Source: Fidelibacterota bacterium (GTDB taxonomy: Bacteria; Fidelibacterota; Marinisomatia; Marinisomatales; Marinisomataceae). Taken from it: a DNA stretch of 64,000 nucleotides. Positions within the stretch are counted from its first letter, which is position 1. The number at the start of each line of letters is the position of its first letter. Positions 51,229-64,000 of the stretch are shown piece after piece. The notes beneath the pieces are model-generated. The model did no database searches. It saw only the letters and a list, made by a program, of their open reading frames with translations, and was not told where the DNA came from. Position numbers and translations under genes: made by a program. The stretch spans positions 1 through 64,000 of the forward strand of contig OZ243041.1 of the NCBI GenBank assembly GCA_965212055.1, in the 5' to 3' direction.

Positions 51229-52260
51229 TCAAATAAACCTCTTTTGAGGAGCTCTCTATAATCCTACCAATTTCTACGCACCCATCATTTTCTAGCGCCC
51301 TTATCGCCGCATTTTTTTTATTTTCTTCCACCACCAGGGCGAGCCCTATTCCCATGTTAAACGTTCTATATAGCTCTTTAACATTTAAGTCAAGACTGTT
51401 GGTTAAGAATTCAAAAACTGGAATTTTTTTCCACGCCCCAACATTAACTTCTGCAGCTAAACCGCTTGGCAAGACCCTTGGTATGTTGTCTATAAGACCA
51501 CCACCAGTAATGTGAGCTATTCCTTCTATGCTTTGTCCGTTGTCGATTAAGTCGTTGATAGTTTTGCTATAGTTTTTGTGTGGAGCAAGCAAAGCGCGCT
51601 CAACGGTTATGTCTTGGTTGGGCAGAGCGTCTTTGGCGCTAAGCCCGAGAGTGTCAAAAATTAATTTTCTTGCAAGAGAATATCCGTTGGTGTGTAGTCC
51701 GCTTGACGGCAAACCAAGAATAACAGAGCCGCTTTTTGTTTGAGAACCGTCAACAATATTTTTTTTATCTACAATGCCAGCTGCAACCCCAACAAGGTCA
51801 TATTCGTTGTTGCAATAGGTCCCTGGCATTTCAGCGGTTTCCCCTCCCACCAAGGAAACCCCCAACCGTTTGCATTCACCAGCAACGCTCTTAATAATTT
51901 CAGATATTGTGTTTGGGTTTAGTGCACTGCTTGCGATGTAGTCTAAAAAAGTAATCGGTTTAGCGCCAGTTGCCGCAACATCGTTACAGCACGCATTCAC
52001 CAGATCAACACCAATAAAGCTGAAGTTTTTGCACTGTTGAGCTACAGACATTTTGGTTCCCACCCCGTCGATACTTTGAACGATAATTGGGTCATCATAG
52101 TTTTTTAAAACGTCTTTTAAGCTGTACATTGATCCAAATCCGCCAACAGAAGAAAGAACGTTTTTTGTAAAAGTTGATTGAATAGTTTTTTTTGAAGAAG
52201 CAATTGCTTTGTCTGTTTTTTCAATATCTACACCAGCGTCTTTATATGAAATTTTTTGTT

Positions 52261-52264
<4 letters not shown>
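51218..52264 (-). CDS. purM: AIR synthetase
   Basis: YKDAGVD, DGVGTK, GGETAEMP, SSGLHTNGYSL, AHITGGG and FNMGIG motifs; ATG at 52264. Confidence 0.96.
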
Positions 52265-55907
<3,643 letters not shown>

Positions 55908-55914
55908 TTATGTT

Positions 55915-57162
55915 GTGCTTTTTTTATACCAAAAGAATACTTTGAAAATTTCCACATTCTTTTTCGCAACACTCTTAAGCGGGTGCGCAGCAATAGGAGC
56001 AATCGCTGTTCCGCTTGAATCTATTGACGAACCAAACGGAAAATATGGGGTGGGCACACAAATCCATTTTTGGACAGACTACAGCCGAAGTGAAGTATAT
56101 ACCACGTCCCCATCAGACTTTAGAAGTCTTTTGGTTCAGGTTTGGTATCCTGCAGAAATAAAAACTAACTATCAAAAAACAACCCACCTTGTTTATCCAG
56201 AAAAATCGATAACAAGCATTTCAAAATCAGCAGGAATGCCTTCAAGCTTTGGTAAGCATGGTACTAAATTAATGTCAAACGCTGTTCAAGGAACGAGCGC
56301 AATAAGAGACAAAAAATTTCCTTTAATACTTTTTTCTCACGGCAACAGTGGCCTATCTACACAAAACCTTTCCCAGGTTGAAGAGCTGGTGAGCAACGGA
56401 TATATTGTTGTTGCCTGTAACCACACCTACAACTCATCGATTACATTTAATAAAAAAGGGGACCCCATTTTGTTTAAAAGAAACGTTACGTGGGATGAAC
56501 AGGCTTCCTACCATCGAAAATATTACACTCGCCAACTTATTGAATATCGATATCAAGACATTTCTTTTATTGTTGGTGAGCTTGCCAAAGAAAAATCTCA
56601 GGAAAATATCCCAAACCAATATCTTTCTTTAATTGATTTTAGCGCAATTGGAATAATGGGACACTCAATGGGCGGAGGCACAAGCTACTATGCCCTGTTG
56701 AATGATGAACGAATTAAGGCAGCCCTTGCTCTTGACGGGTGGTTTTTTGCGCTTAGCGAAGAGGATGCAAAAACAAACACCAACAAACCTTTTATGCATA
56801 TCGGCCAAGAAGAATTTTTAGATCCAAGCATTCCTGGAGACATGAACAACTCAGAAGACGGGAGGGAAAACCTAAAAATTTACAACCTTATCTTAGCAAA
56901 CAATTCCCCGTCTTATGAAGTGTATATTAAAAACAGCTTACACTACACATTTACAGACTTAAAACAGGTTTATGTTTCAGACAGTCCTCTTGCAATACCG
57001 CTGCCCTATTTAGGAAAGGTTGATAAAGCGCTTGTTAAAAACACGATTAACGCATCAATGATGAATTTTTTTGATGCAGCACTTAAAAACAAACAATTCC
57101 AAAAAAACACTTATGACAAACACAAGAATGAAGTAATTTTTATTAATAATGAAAAAAACTAA
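55915..57162 (+). CDS. Alpha/beta hydrolase lipoprotein (PAF-acetylhydrolase/carboxylesterase-like); start may be TTG 55942
   Basis: Lipobox LLSGC, QVWYP, LFSHG, GHSMGG nucleophile elbow, LDGW, HYTFTD. Confidence 0.8.
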   Translation: MLFLYQKNTLKISTFFFATLLSGCAAIGAIAVPLESIDEPNGKYGVGTQIHFWTDYSRSEVYTTSPSDFRSLLVQVWYPAEIKTNYQKTTHLVYPEKSITSISKSAGMPSSFGKHGTKLMSNAVQGTSAIRDKKFPLILFSHGNSGLSTQNLSQVEELVSNGYIVVACNHTYNSSITFNKKGDPILFKRNVTWDEQASYHRKYYTRQLIEYRYQDISFIVGELAKEKSQENIPNQYLSLIDFSAIGIMGHSMGGGTSYYALLNDERIKAALALDGWFFALSEEDAKTNTNKPFMHIGQEEFLDPSIPGDMNNSEDGRENLKIYNLILANNSPSYEVYIKNSLHYTFTDLKQVYVSDSPLAIPLPYLGKVDKALVKNTINASMMNFFDAALKNKQFQKNTYDKHKNEVIFINNEKN

Positions 57163-58588
57163 AAACATATTAACCCTTCTTTTGATAACAACCATTATTT
57201 TTGCCCAAGAACGACCAGTTCATACCTATTCGATTGTTGCTATTGATAAAGAATCCGGTCAAATGGGAGGCGCCGTACAAAGCCATTGGTTTTCTGTTGG
57301 TTCGTTGGTGTTGTGGGCCGATCCCGGAGTTGGAATTGTTGCCACACAGTCTTTTGTTCGTCCAGAGTATGGTCCAGAATTGTTAAATATGTTTTCTAGA
57401 GGAGTTTCTCCACAGCTTGCCCTTAACATGCTTTTAAAAAAAGATTCTGAACAAAATGTTCGACAAATAGGTGCTGTTGATACCAAGGGACGGTCTGTTA
57501 CTTTTACAGGAAAAGATTGTATTATATATGCTTCTGGGCTTCAGGGTGACGGGTATGCCATTCAGGCCAACATTATGGCCAACCCCGGTGTTCCAGAGGC
57601 CATGGAAAAAGCCTACCTATCTACAGAAGGGTCTTTGGCAGACAAGCTTTACGCCGCCCTTGTTGCTGCAGAAAACATAGGTGGGGATTTGCGCGGAAAA
57701 CAGTCAGCTGCGATGCTAGTTGTTCCACTAGACAAAGTAGACAACTTGCTTAGCTCAAAAATTTATGATATTCGCGTAGACGACTCTTCTGATCCTTTGT
57801 CAGATCTAGATAGATTAATGCGCATTCAAAAAGCATATATTTTTGCCAACGAAGGGGACGTTTTAGCTGCCGAAGGAAAACTACAAGAAGCGCTGGATGC
57901 TTACAACAGGGCATCAGAACTGTATCCGGAAAACGTTGAGCTCTTATTTTGGGGGGCAGTGATTCTTTGTACGGATGATAAGTTTGATATTGCAAAGCCT
58001 ATGTTTGAGAAAATTTTCAAGGCTGATCCAGACCTAAGAGAAATGATCCCTCGACTTGAAAACCATCCAATGTTTCCGTTAAGCAAAGACATGGTTAAAA
58101 AAATCCTAGACATTGCACAAAAAAAAGTAAACAATAAAAGCTTGGGCGAGATGTCGAATAATTTTAAACAAGTTTCAGGCATTGGTTATACAGATATGAC
58201 CAATGCAGACATTAGGAGTTTAAAAAATTACCACATTTATAAAGACCTAGACTATGACGATGCATGGACATATCCAGAAGAAGAAAGTTATATAAAATAT
58301 ATTAATCGCATCGTTTCTGTAAAAAATCCTTTCAAAAAAGGCGAACCTATGCAGGCAGACATACAAGGGTATGCTCTGAATGAAAAAGGAGAAAGATATA
58401 CTCTGCCATTTAGAGATTTAGACACAGGAATAACAACAAATGAATATAGAATAGCGTTTCCTGCTGACTATTTAAAAAGCCTAGGAATGACAGATAGCGA
58501 CCTGTCCCACATGATAGAAAAACCTTATGAATTTCTTAAGTACTTACAAGTGAACAACACGTCGCACAACAAAGGACATTACAAATGA
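57149..58588 (+). CDS. DUF1028 Ntn-hydrolase-like protein with a TPR segment and an unknown C-terminal domain
   Basis: Signal peptide, HTYSIVA, VQSHWFSVG, VATQS, GGDLRGKQSAA and RVDD motifs, then a TPR-like helix pair. Confidence 0.8.
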   Translation: MKKTKNILTLLLITTIIFAQERPVHTYSIVAIDKESGQMGGAVQSHWFSVGSLVLWADPGVGIVATQSFVRPEYGPELLNMFSRGVSPQLALNMLLKKDSEQNVRQIGAVDTKGRSVTFTGKDCIIYASGLQGDGYAIQANIMANPGVPEAMEKAYLSTEGSLADKLYAALVAAENIGGDLRGKQSAAMLVVPLDKVDNLLSSKIYDIRVDDSSDPLSDLDRLMRIQKAYIFANEGDVLAAEGKLQEALDAYNRASELYPENVELLFWGAVILCTDDKFDIAKPMFEKIFKADPDLREMIPRLENHPMFPLSKDMVKKILDIAQKKVNNKSLGEMSNNFKQVSGIGYTDMTNADIRSLKNYHIYKDLDYDDAWTYPEEESYIKYINRIVSVKNPFKKGEPMQADIQGYALNEKGERYTLPFRDLDTGITTNEYRIAFPADYLKSLGMTDSDLSHMIEKPYEFLKYLQVNNTSHNKGHYK

Positions 58589-60009
58589 GTAGCAAACCAC
58601 AGAACAAAGGCCTAAGGTGGGGTCCGTTTGTAGCAAGAATTCCATTTATACATATTAGGTTTAGAGCCGCAGAATTTTTTCAAGGAATAGCAATCTCTGG
58701 CGCAACAGCCTTTGCTGGCGTTCCTATTGTAATGGGGATGGGCCTAACTTTTGAAGAAGGCGTTGCTGTTTCTTTAATTGCTGGAACACTGATTGCTGCT
58801 GGCCCTATTTTGTTTGGGGTTCCTTTTGCGCCTGGATGGATTACGCCAGCCTACCCAATCGTTCTGACTATTTTTGCAACAATGGGGTATTATTCACCAG
58901 GCGGGGTAGAATATCAACCTGAAACTTTCCAGTTTATGGCCGCCTTATGTATAGAGTTCACCTTGTTGGTTGCTATCTTAGGAATGACAGGCTTAAGCGG
59001 TAAAATTGTTAACAATATTCCCAACACATTAAAGTCAGGGATTATTTTAGGAGCCGCAGTAGCAGCGTTTTACCAGGTGTTTTTTAAAGAGTTTGATTCT
59101 AGGTATATGGAACAACCCATAGCCATGACAGTCGCTTTGACGATATGTATACTTACTACTTTTTCAGATCCGTTTAAACGGTTAGCATCATCAAATAAAA
59201 TTTTTCAAAAAATAAGTTCGCTAGGCCTCCTTTCAGGCTTTTTAATAGCAGCAGCAGTTGCTTATCTTTTTGGCGAAGCTACGCTTGGCGAGATTGGTGG
59301 TAGAGGAATATATCCAGAAGGCATTAGCTTTGGTCTTACATTTCCAGAGGTTGCCAAGCTGTTTGAAAGAACCTCTCCTTTTTCAATTGGGTTTCCAACG
59401 CTAAAGATGTATTTAGGGGCTTTGCCACTAGTAATAATCGGGTACATCCTTCTTTTTGGTGATATTATTACAGGAAAAGCAATTTTGAATGATGCCGAAA
59501 AAGAAAGACCAGACGAACCTCTAAATGTTGATGTTAATAAAATTCATTTATCAATAGCGCTTAGAAATTTTCTTGGCCTAATTGCTAATCCAAACTTCCC
59601 AACACAGGGAGCTTTGTGGACCGGTGTTCACGTTGTGGTTGCCGAAAGGTGGAGAAAGGGGCCCAAAGAGATGCCTTCAATATTTGATGGATTGGGATCT
59701 TATTATTTGATGGCAATTCCGTTGCTATATGTGTGGCAACCCTTTATAGTTTTTATGGGGCCTTTGATGGGCATAGCTCTAAACCTAACGCTGGTGTTAA
59801 CCGGATTTGCCTGTGCTTATGTGGCGCTTGCTATACCTAAGACAAACGCCGAAATGGCTTCAGCGTTTCTAATAGGTCTTCTTATAGCTTTTTCAGGAGA
59901 ACAAGTTTGGCAGTTTAAGGTTGGTGGCGTAGATGCAAACCTGTTTGTTGCTTTATTGATTGGAATATTGCTTAGTGTTTTTGTAGCTGGGTCTAATAAA
60001 AAGCAATGA
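58585..60009 (+). CDS. Polytopic membrane permease (nucleobase/ascorbate transporter-like, uncertain)
   Basis: About 12 or more hydrophobic segments; PGWITPA and LLFGD motifs. Confidence 0.55.
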   Translation: MSSKPQNKGLRWGPFVARIPFIHIRFRAAEFFQGIAISGATAFAGVPIVMGMGLTFEEGVAVSLIAGTLIAAGPILFGVPFAPGWITPAYPIVLTIFATMGYYSPGGVEYQPETFQFMAALCIEFTLLVAILGMTGLSGKIVNNIPNTLKSGIILGAAVAAFYQVFFKEFDSRYMEQPIAMTVALTICILTTFSDPFKRLASSNKIFQKISSLGLLSGFLIAAAVAYLFGEATLGEIGGRGIYPEGISFGLTFPEVAKLFERTSPFSIGFPTLKMYLGALPLVIIGYILLFGDIITGKAILNDAEKERPDEPLNVDVNKIHLSIALRNFLGLIANPNFPTQGALWTGVHVVVAERWRKGPKEMPSIFDGLGSYYLMAIPLLYVWQPFIVFMGPLMGIALNLTLVLTGFACAYVALAIPKTNAEMASAFLIGLLIAFSGEQVWQFKVGGVDANLFVALLIGILLSVFVAGSNKKQ

Positions 60010-61364
60010 CCCCATCAATTAGTCGCCGAAACTTCATCAAAACAACAGCAATAACTGGGCTTGCTGCCTCAATAATGCCAACCGCCCTGCTTGGAGGTTC
60101 TTCTCAAAAAATACAAATAGGAGTAATTGGTACCGGGTTTCGCGGTCAATGGGTTTCACAGCTTTTGTTAAGCCGCCCCGATGTGGACATCCCAGTAATT
60201 TGTGATATTGATGATATCATGATTGGAAAAGTTTTAAAAATATTTGAAAAAGCTAACCGCCCTGTGCCAAAAATATACAAAAATGGACCAGAAGATTTTC
60301 GGAACATGGTTGCAAACGAAGATTTAGATGGGGTGTATATTGCTACCCCATGGGAATGGCACCACCCCATGGCCATTGCTGCAATGAAAAATAACATGCA
60401 TGTAGGAACAGAGGTTCCGGCAGCTATTACTGTTAAAGAATGTTGGGATCTAGTTAACATATCTGAAAAAACCGGAAAACTGTGCATGATTATGGAAAAT
60501 GTAAATTATCGAAGAGATGTTATGGCAGTTCTTAATATGGTGCGCCAAGGACTGTTTGGTGAGTTGCTTCATTGTCAGGGAGGATATCAACATGATTTGC
60601 GTCATGTTAAATTCAATGACGGCGTTGGGGCATATGGCGGCGGCGTAGAGTTTGGGGACAAGGGTTTTTCAGAGGCGCGATGGAGAACACAGCACTCTGT
60701 AGACCGAAACGCCGACCTTTATCCTACGCACGGACTAGGGCCTGTAAGCACTATGCTAGACATTAATCGCGGCAACAGAATGCTTTCGCTCACGTCTACC
60801 GCAACCCAGTCTCGTGGACTTCATAAGTATATTGTAGGCCTTGGGGGCGAAGACCATCCGAATACAAAAGTAGATTTTAAATTGGGAGACATAGTTACAA
60901 CAGTAATTAAGTGTGTCAAAGGACAAACAATTGTATTAAGCCACGATACAAATTCACCTAGACCCTATTCTTTAAATTTTCGCGTTCAAGGCACACAGGG
61001 GTTGTGGATGAAAGACAACCGCTCTATTTATATAGAAGGCATGAGCCCGAGCGAACATCAGTGGGAACCAGATGAAGCATATTTAAAAAAATATGACCAC
61101 CCTTTGTGGAAAAAATTTGAAGACCAAGCTGCTGGTTCAGGACATGGGGGCATGGATTTTTTTATTGTCCACGCATTTATAGAAACATTAAAAGAAAACC
61201 AACCTCCAGTAATTGATGTTTATGATGCCGTGAGCATGAGCGCAATAGTGCCTTTATCGGAAAAATCCATTAAACTAAACAGCACCGCAGTAAAAATTCC
61301 TGATTTTACACGAGGAAAATGGAAAACAAACCCACCTATTTTTGGTTTGGACGAAAGATATTAA
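60006..61364 (+). CDS. Tat-exported GH109 NAD+-dependent glycosidase (alpha-N-acetylgalactosaminidase-like, Gfo/Idh/MocA fold)
   Basis: SRRNFIK twin-arginine signal; ATPWEWH, EVPAA, YPTHGLGP, RPYS and GHGGMD motifs. Confidence 0.85.
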   Translation: MTPSISRRNFIKTTAITGLAASIMPTALLGGSSQKIQIGVIGTGFRGQWVSQLLLSRPDVDIPVICDIDDIMIGKVLKIFEKANRPVPKIYKNGPEDFRNMVANEDLDGVYIATPWEWHHPMAIAAMKNNMHVGTEVPAAITVKECWDLVNISEKTGKLCMIMENVNYRRDVMAVLNMVRQGLFGELLHCQGGYQHDLRHVKFNDGVGAYGGGVEFGDKGFSEARWRTQHSVDRNADLYPTHGLGPVSTMLDINRGNRMLSLTSTATQSRGLHKYIVGLGGEDHPNTKVDFKLGDIVTTVIKCVKGQTIVLSHDTNSPRPYSLNFRVQGTQGLWMKDNRSIYIEGMSPSEHQWEPDEAYLKKYDHPLWKKFEDQAAGSGHGGMDFFIVHAFIETLKENQPPVIDVYDAVSMSAIVPLSEKSIKLNSTAVKIPDFTRGKWKTNPPIFGLDERY

Positions 61365-63104
61365 ATGATTTTATCTCCATTGGACTGGTGTATTGTCGCC
61401 GCCTATTTTATATTTTCGCTTCTTGTGGGCGTTTGGGCCTCTAAGCGCGCCGGCCAAGATACAAGGTCGTTTTTTTTAGCTGGAAGAAATATGCCCTGGT
61501 GGCTTTTAGGCATTAGCATGGTGGCAACTACATTTTCTACAGATACACCAAACCTAGTAACAGAGCTAGTTCGCAAAGACGGCGTAGCGGGGAACTGGAC
61601 TTGGTGGGCATTTTTATTAACAGGGATGTTAACAGTTTTTGTTTATGCTAGGCTCTGGCGCCGCTCCGGCGTGCTTACTGATATTGAGTTTTATGAATTG
61701 CGTTATAGCGGAAAAGCTGCAGCTTTTCTACGAGGTTTTCGTGCTTTATACTTAGGATTAGTTTTTAATGTTTTGGTAATGGGCGCCGTCAGTTTAGCAG
61801 CTGTAAAATTTGGTGAAATTGTGTTAGGCCTACCTGGGTGGATAACGCTTTTGGTTGCTTGTTCCATTACGTTGGCATATTCGACACTAGGAGGGCTTAA
61901 AGCTGTTATTATTACAGATTTTGTTCAGTTTGTTCTAGCCATGGTTGGTTCAGTTTGGGGAATGCTTTATATCGTTAGGCTACCAGAGGTTGGAGGAATA
62001 TCCAAGCTCATTACACACCCAAATGTAGTTGATAAAATTGCATTAATTCCAGACCTGTCTGACCCAAACCTATGGGTTCCAATTTTGTTGATTCCTTTGT
62101 CGGTGCAGTGGTGGGCCAGCTATTATCCTGGTTCGGAACCTGGCGGTGGTGGGTATATTGCCCAACGCATGTTTTCTGCTAAAGACGAAACCAACGCTGT
62201 TGGTGCCACTTTTTTATTTAATGTGGCTCACTATGCCTTGCGTCCATGGCCATGGATTCTTATAGCTTTATCGTCCCTCATTATTTTTCCGGAACTAACC
62301 GATCTCAAAACTGCATTTCCTGATCTTTCCGATGACAAACTTGGCCACGATGCGGCTTACTCTGCTATGCTTACCTTGTTACCCTCAGGGCTTTTGGGCC
62401 TGGTTGCTGCTTCGCTTATCGCAGCTTTTATGAGCACGATGTCTACTCAATTAAACTTAGGAGCGAGCTATTTAGTAAATGATTTCTATCACCGGTTTGT
62501 TAATCCTGATGCATCAGAAAAACAGCTAGTGCTGGCCGGGCGACTATTTACAGTGGTTTCCGTCTTTTTAGGTGCTGGGCTAGGGCTTTTGCTTACCAAT
62601 GCCAAACAAGCCTTTACATTGTTACTTATGATTGGTGCTGGCACAGGCCTCATTTATATTTTGCGTTGGTTTTGGTGGCGAATTAATGCTTATACTGAAA
62701 TTGTTGCAATGATTAGTTCGCTTGTTATTGCGGGATATTTCAATTTTTTTATTAATGACAAACTAGAAGATTGGGAAAAAATTACTATTGGTGCAGTGCT
62801 TACTACTTTTATTTGGGTGGTTGCAACGTATTGTACGCCGCCAGACGACGAAAAAACATTACGAAACTTTGTTAAAAAAGTTAATCCTGGTGGACCTGGA
62901 TGGAAAAAGTATGCCGACAACAACGCCTCAAGCGAACCTTGGCCAGTTCCAAGCGGAATTCTTTGTATGGTGTTGGGCTGCATAGCCACCTACAGTTTTC
63001 TTCTAGGTGTTGGTCAATTAATTTATGGCCAAATAGAGTCGGGAATCCTAATTTGTAGTTTAGGGGCCATTGCATCTTTCGGCCTATTTAAATTATGGAA
63101 ATAA
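61365..63104 (+). CDS. Sodium:solute symporter (SSS) family protein
   Basis: FFLAGRNMPWW, SMVATTF, GGLKAVIITD, AQR and AAFMST motifs. Confidence 0.9.
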   Translation: MILSPLDWCIVAAYFIFSLLVGVWASKRAGQDTRSFFLAGRNMPWWLLGISMVATTFSTDTPNLVTELVRKDGVAGNWTWWAFLLTGMLTVFVYARLWRRSGVLTDIEFYELRYSGKAAAFLRGFRALYLGLVFNVLVMGAVSLAAVKFGEIVLGLPGWITLLVACSITLAYSTLGGLKAVIITDFVQFVLAMVGSVWGMLYIVRLPEVGGISKLITHPNVVDKIALIPDLSDPNLWVPILLIPLSVQWWASYYPGSEPGGGGYIAQRMFSAKDETNAVGATFLFNVAHYALRPWPWILIALSSLIIFPELTDLKTAFPDLSDDKLGHDAAYSAMLTLLPSGLLGLVAASLIAAFMSTMSTQLNLGASYLVNDFYHRFVNPDASEKQLVLAGRLFTVVSVFLGAGLGLLLTNAKQAFTLLLMIGAGTGLIYILRWFWWRINAYTEIVAMISSLVIAGYFNFFINDKLEDWEKITIGAVLTTFIWVVATYCTPPDDEKTLRNFVKKVNPGGPGWKKYADNNASSEPWPVPSGILCMVLGCIATYSFLLGVGQLIYGQIESGILICSLGAIASFGLFKLWK

Positions 63105-64000
63105 CTACTCCAGGGCGAATTTGTCTTTTCGGTGAACACTCCGATTATTTGGGGTTACCGATTATTGCAATGGCTATTTCTTTGCGAGCCAAAATTTCAG
63201 GACAAAAAAGACCCGATAATCAAATTATTATTCATAAACCTGACCTCAATGAAACAGAAGCTTTTTCCCTTGAAGACTTGAGCTACACCAAGCCACGCGA
63301 CTATTTCAAAAGTTGCCTTAAAGCATGTCAAAACGAAGGGCTGGTTTTTTCATCTGGGTTTGAGTGTGAGGTTAGTAGCCAAATACCAATTCGTGCAGGG
63401 GCCAGTAGCTCCTCTGCTATTAATGTGAGCTGGATTCATTTTTTGTCAAAAATGGCTGATAATCCAATTGAATGGACTCAGGAAAAAATTGGGAAACTAA
63501 CCTATCAAGCGGAATCAACCGAATTCAACGAACCTGGCGGAATGATGGATCAATATACAACCGCTATGGGAAACATCATCCATCTGGAGTCAGAACCAAC
63601 CATTTCCATCCAGTCGTTAAATCCAGAATTAGGTTCGTTTGTGTTGGGAGACTCAGAACAACCAAAAGACACAATGGGAATCTTAAAGCGCTTAAACGAT
63701 TCACGAACGGAAATACTTAATCTATTACAGGCCAAAAATCCAACCACCAATATCCACACAATGGATAACGACACCAACCTTTCTGACTTAAACACTGAAC
63801 AAAAAAATATATATAAAGGAACGGTTCAAAATCGGAACTTGCTACGCAAAGCGTTGGTAGAGCTAGAAAAAAGTAAACCAAACTATCAATTAATTGGTAC
63901 GCTTCTTACCGAACTTCACGCGATACTAAGAGACATATTTTGTATTAGCACCCCCAAAATTGAATCAATGCTCGACGCAGCAATGAGTGCAGGTGCTTTG
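63095..64000 (+). CDS. GHMP-family sugar kinase (galactokinase/GalNAc kinase-like), truncated by the window end and missed by the ORF track
   Basis: Manual translation MEITTPGRICLFGEHSDYLG..., PIRAGASSSSA ATP loop, GGMMDQ; the same frame reads TPKIESMLDAAMSAGAL at base 64000. Confidence 0.85.
   Translation, partial: MEITTPGRICLFGEHSDYLGLPIIAMAISLRAKISGQKRPDNQIIIHKPDLNETEAFSLEDLSYTKPRDYFKSCLKACQNEGLVFSSGFECEVSSQIPIRAGASSSSAINVSWIHFLSKMADNPIEWTQEKIGKLTYQAESTEFNEPGGMMDQYTTAMGNIIHLESEPTISIQSLNPELGSFVLGDSEQPKDTMGILKRLNDSRTEILNLLQAKNPTTNIHTMDNDTNLSDLNTEQKNIYKGTVQNRNLLRKALVELEKSKPNYQLIGTLLTELHAILRDIFCISTPKIESMLDAAMSAGAL

Noticed and set aside
63472..63795. Two short ORFs near the right end
   Set aside because: They are alternate-frame or antisense shadows of the GHMP kinase ORF starting at 63095.

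Overview
A gene-dense, AT-rich bacterial chromosome segment spanning the replication-origin region. The gene types and streamlining suggest an FCB-group marine heterotroph such as Marinimicrobia; this is inference only. From left to right it holds: lipid A genes, exbB-exbD-exbD-tonB, sdhCAB, gamma-glutamyl enzymes, ppdK and assorted enzymes, then plsC-ssb-dnaA (minus strand) divergent from rpmH-yidC-mnmE-mnmG-surA. These are followed by a DnaA-box/AT-rich oriC, dnaN-gyrB-gyrA with downstream hydrolases, an 11-gene de novo purine cluster, and a probable GalNAc scavenging cluster that runs off the right edge. I found no rRNA, tRNA, CRISPR array, prophage or IS element. The most notable observations are: (1) PurQ fused to two tandem PurS-like domains, together with a class II PurE and no purK; (2) a rearranged origin with dnaA inverted and about 6.5 kb from oriC/dnaN; (3) two parS palindromes written into the ends of mnmG; (4) no rnpA/yidD between rpmH and yidC; (5) an AT gradient and an apparently atypical strand skew centred on oriC. 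Five genes in the first 12 kb carry single-base frameshifts that look like long-read errors. I do not see a clearly new multi-gene system; the PurQ-(PurS)2 purine cluster and the origin architecture are the best candidates.
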